From positions 1 to 37,248 of the forward strand of contig JAUCBJ010004012.1 of NCBI GenBank assembly GCA_032718475.1: a stretch of 37,248 nucleotides of DNA, in the 5' to 3' direction. The notes under the pieces are model-generated. The model was not told the DNA's origin and searched no databases. It worked only from the letters and a program-made list of their open reading frames with translations. This document shows positions 36,200 to 37,248 of this stretch, piece by piece (positions within the stretch are counted from its first letter, which is position 1; every line of letters starts with the position of its first letter). Position numbers and translations under genes: made by a program. The DNA comes from Nemertoderma westbladi. Its lineage: Eukaryota > Animalia > Xenacoelomorpha.

Positions 36200-37248
36200 T
36201 GTTAGCTTATTCAATCCCGCCAACACCCCATAAAGTTATAAGCCGATAAGCAATATTGGGAGCCACGAGATTGGGCAATTAACCAACTCGTGCCATCCCA
36301 ATAAGAGTGGGAAGGAAGCACACAATAGAGGGTCAGGGGCCAAACCCCCTAACCCAGGGAGAACAGGTGGAGTGAACGGGAACACTCCACGGGGCGCCAA
36401 CAAGGGTAACAACCAATCAGAGGGGGGCAAGGCATCGATTGAGTAGCAATAAGGCCACCGTGCAATATAACCAGTAACCTATTAATCAGTGATTCAGTTA
36501 TCTCAGTGCAGCAGTGCTAGCGTAGGTTGGTAGTCAATTAGTTTAGTTAGGGGATCACGGGACTTTAGTTACCGTATCCCGCCTTGTACACATTATATCT
36601 ATATCTATATCCTATGCCCTATTGTTATTATACACCGAACTTCAGAACTCAGTTACTTTATTTCATCCTTATACACGGCGGGGACGCGTGGACTAAATTA
36701 CCACACCGGATAAATCGGGATCCCTCCTGGATCCCGTCACAGTAACTAAACCCCAAACCACCTACTAGTAACTAAATCCGAGGAAGAAGCCCCAGTTGAA
36801 CAAGAACTGCACCCTAGCTAGCCGAACCATCAGCCACCAGACGAGATGAGTGAATCGGGCGAGACACCGACGCAGACCCCGGACGAAGATCAAACGATCC
36901 GCGAGGCCGCGACCAAGCGATACAGGCCCACGACGCCGGAGCCATCGATAACGGGCGAACCGGAAGTTGAGGATGAGGGGGGCCTGGAATCCGAGGTCGA
37001 GCCAAGAGAGAAAGAGAGCGAGATGGAGGGAGAAGGAGATGAGTCGACACGGGACGGAGAACGGCGCGCCGATGTCGCCGGCCAGCTACCGGCCGAGGGC
37101 GACGAGCGGCCCACCGAAACGGCGACGGTGGGGCCGACGGTGCGACGCCGGACCCGGAGAGACTGGAGGAGAGATGTCGGTACCGATGTCGCCGGCCAGC
37201 TACAGGCCGAGGGCGACGGACGGCCCACCGGAACGGCGACGGTGGAGC
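36200..37248. mobile_element. Probable retroelement insertion in the intron of the right copy
   Basis: Homology with the central copy stops at 36200 where TGTTAG begins, and GC content rises. A plus-strand ORF starts at 36846. Element class and LTR end are unresolved. Confidence 0.45.
36846..37248 (+). CDS. Open acidic low-complexity ORF running off the window, possibly gag/ORF1-like
   Basis: Hand translation MSESGETPTQTPDEDQ...; no stop for 134 codons. The peptide DVAGQL.AEGD.RPT.TATV occurs twice (37071-37130 and 37186-37245). Confidence 0.35.
   Translation, partial: MSESGETPTQTPDEDQTIREAATKRYRPTTPEPSITGEPEVEDEGGLESEVEPREKESEMEGEGDESTRDGERRADVAGQLPAEGDERPTETATVGPTVRRRTRRDWRRDVGTDVAGQLQAEGDGRPTGTATVE

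Larger units (their letters stand above)
33916..36200. repeat. Segmental duplication block B, paired with about 18461-20830
   Basis: Both copies start GGCACAAATGATAACTTCATA and end TTAATTGGT. They cover the 3' flank, exon 2 and about 50 nt of intron. Confidence 0.9.

Overview
AT-rich, transposon-dense animal genomic DNA, probably from an invertebrate; the taxon cannot be determined from this window. The main content is a young head-to-tail array of at least three minus-strand PRDM9-like genes. The central copy appears complete in two coding exons. Exon 1 (23048-22487) encodes an ancestral KRAB domain. Exon 2 (about 20778-18851) encodes an SSXRD-like motif, a zinc knuckle, a PR/SET domain with all three catalytic tyrosines, a post-SET finger and a 7-finger C2H2 array. 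The exons join in frame through a phase-1 GT-AG intron, giving about 829 aa. The left copy shows only the KRAB exon, frameshifted and cut by an LTR element. The right copy shows only the SET-ZF exon, with a different 6-finger array. Matched fingers in the two arrays differ only within the DNA-recognition helix. An 18-21 bp motif (GTGGYTGAAARCGGC core) lies at both ends of the intron as an inverted repeat overlapping the predicted splice sites, and again upstream of the KRAB start codon. It is present in every copy where the region is visible. The rest of the window is decayed and nested mobile DNA: RTE, L2 and RTEX-like LINEs, a BEL/Pao element, two LTR-type insertions, Mutator-, Harbinger- and Helentron-type non-autonomous elements, and tandem repeats. 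All alignments and coordinates were read by eye. Splicing and expression are inferred, not observed.
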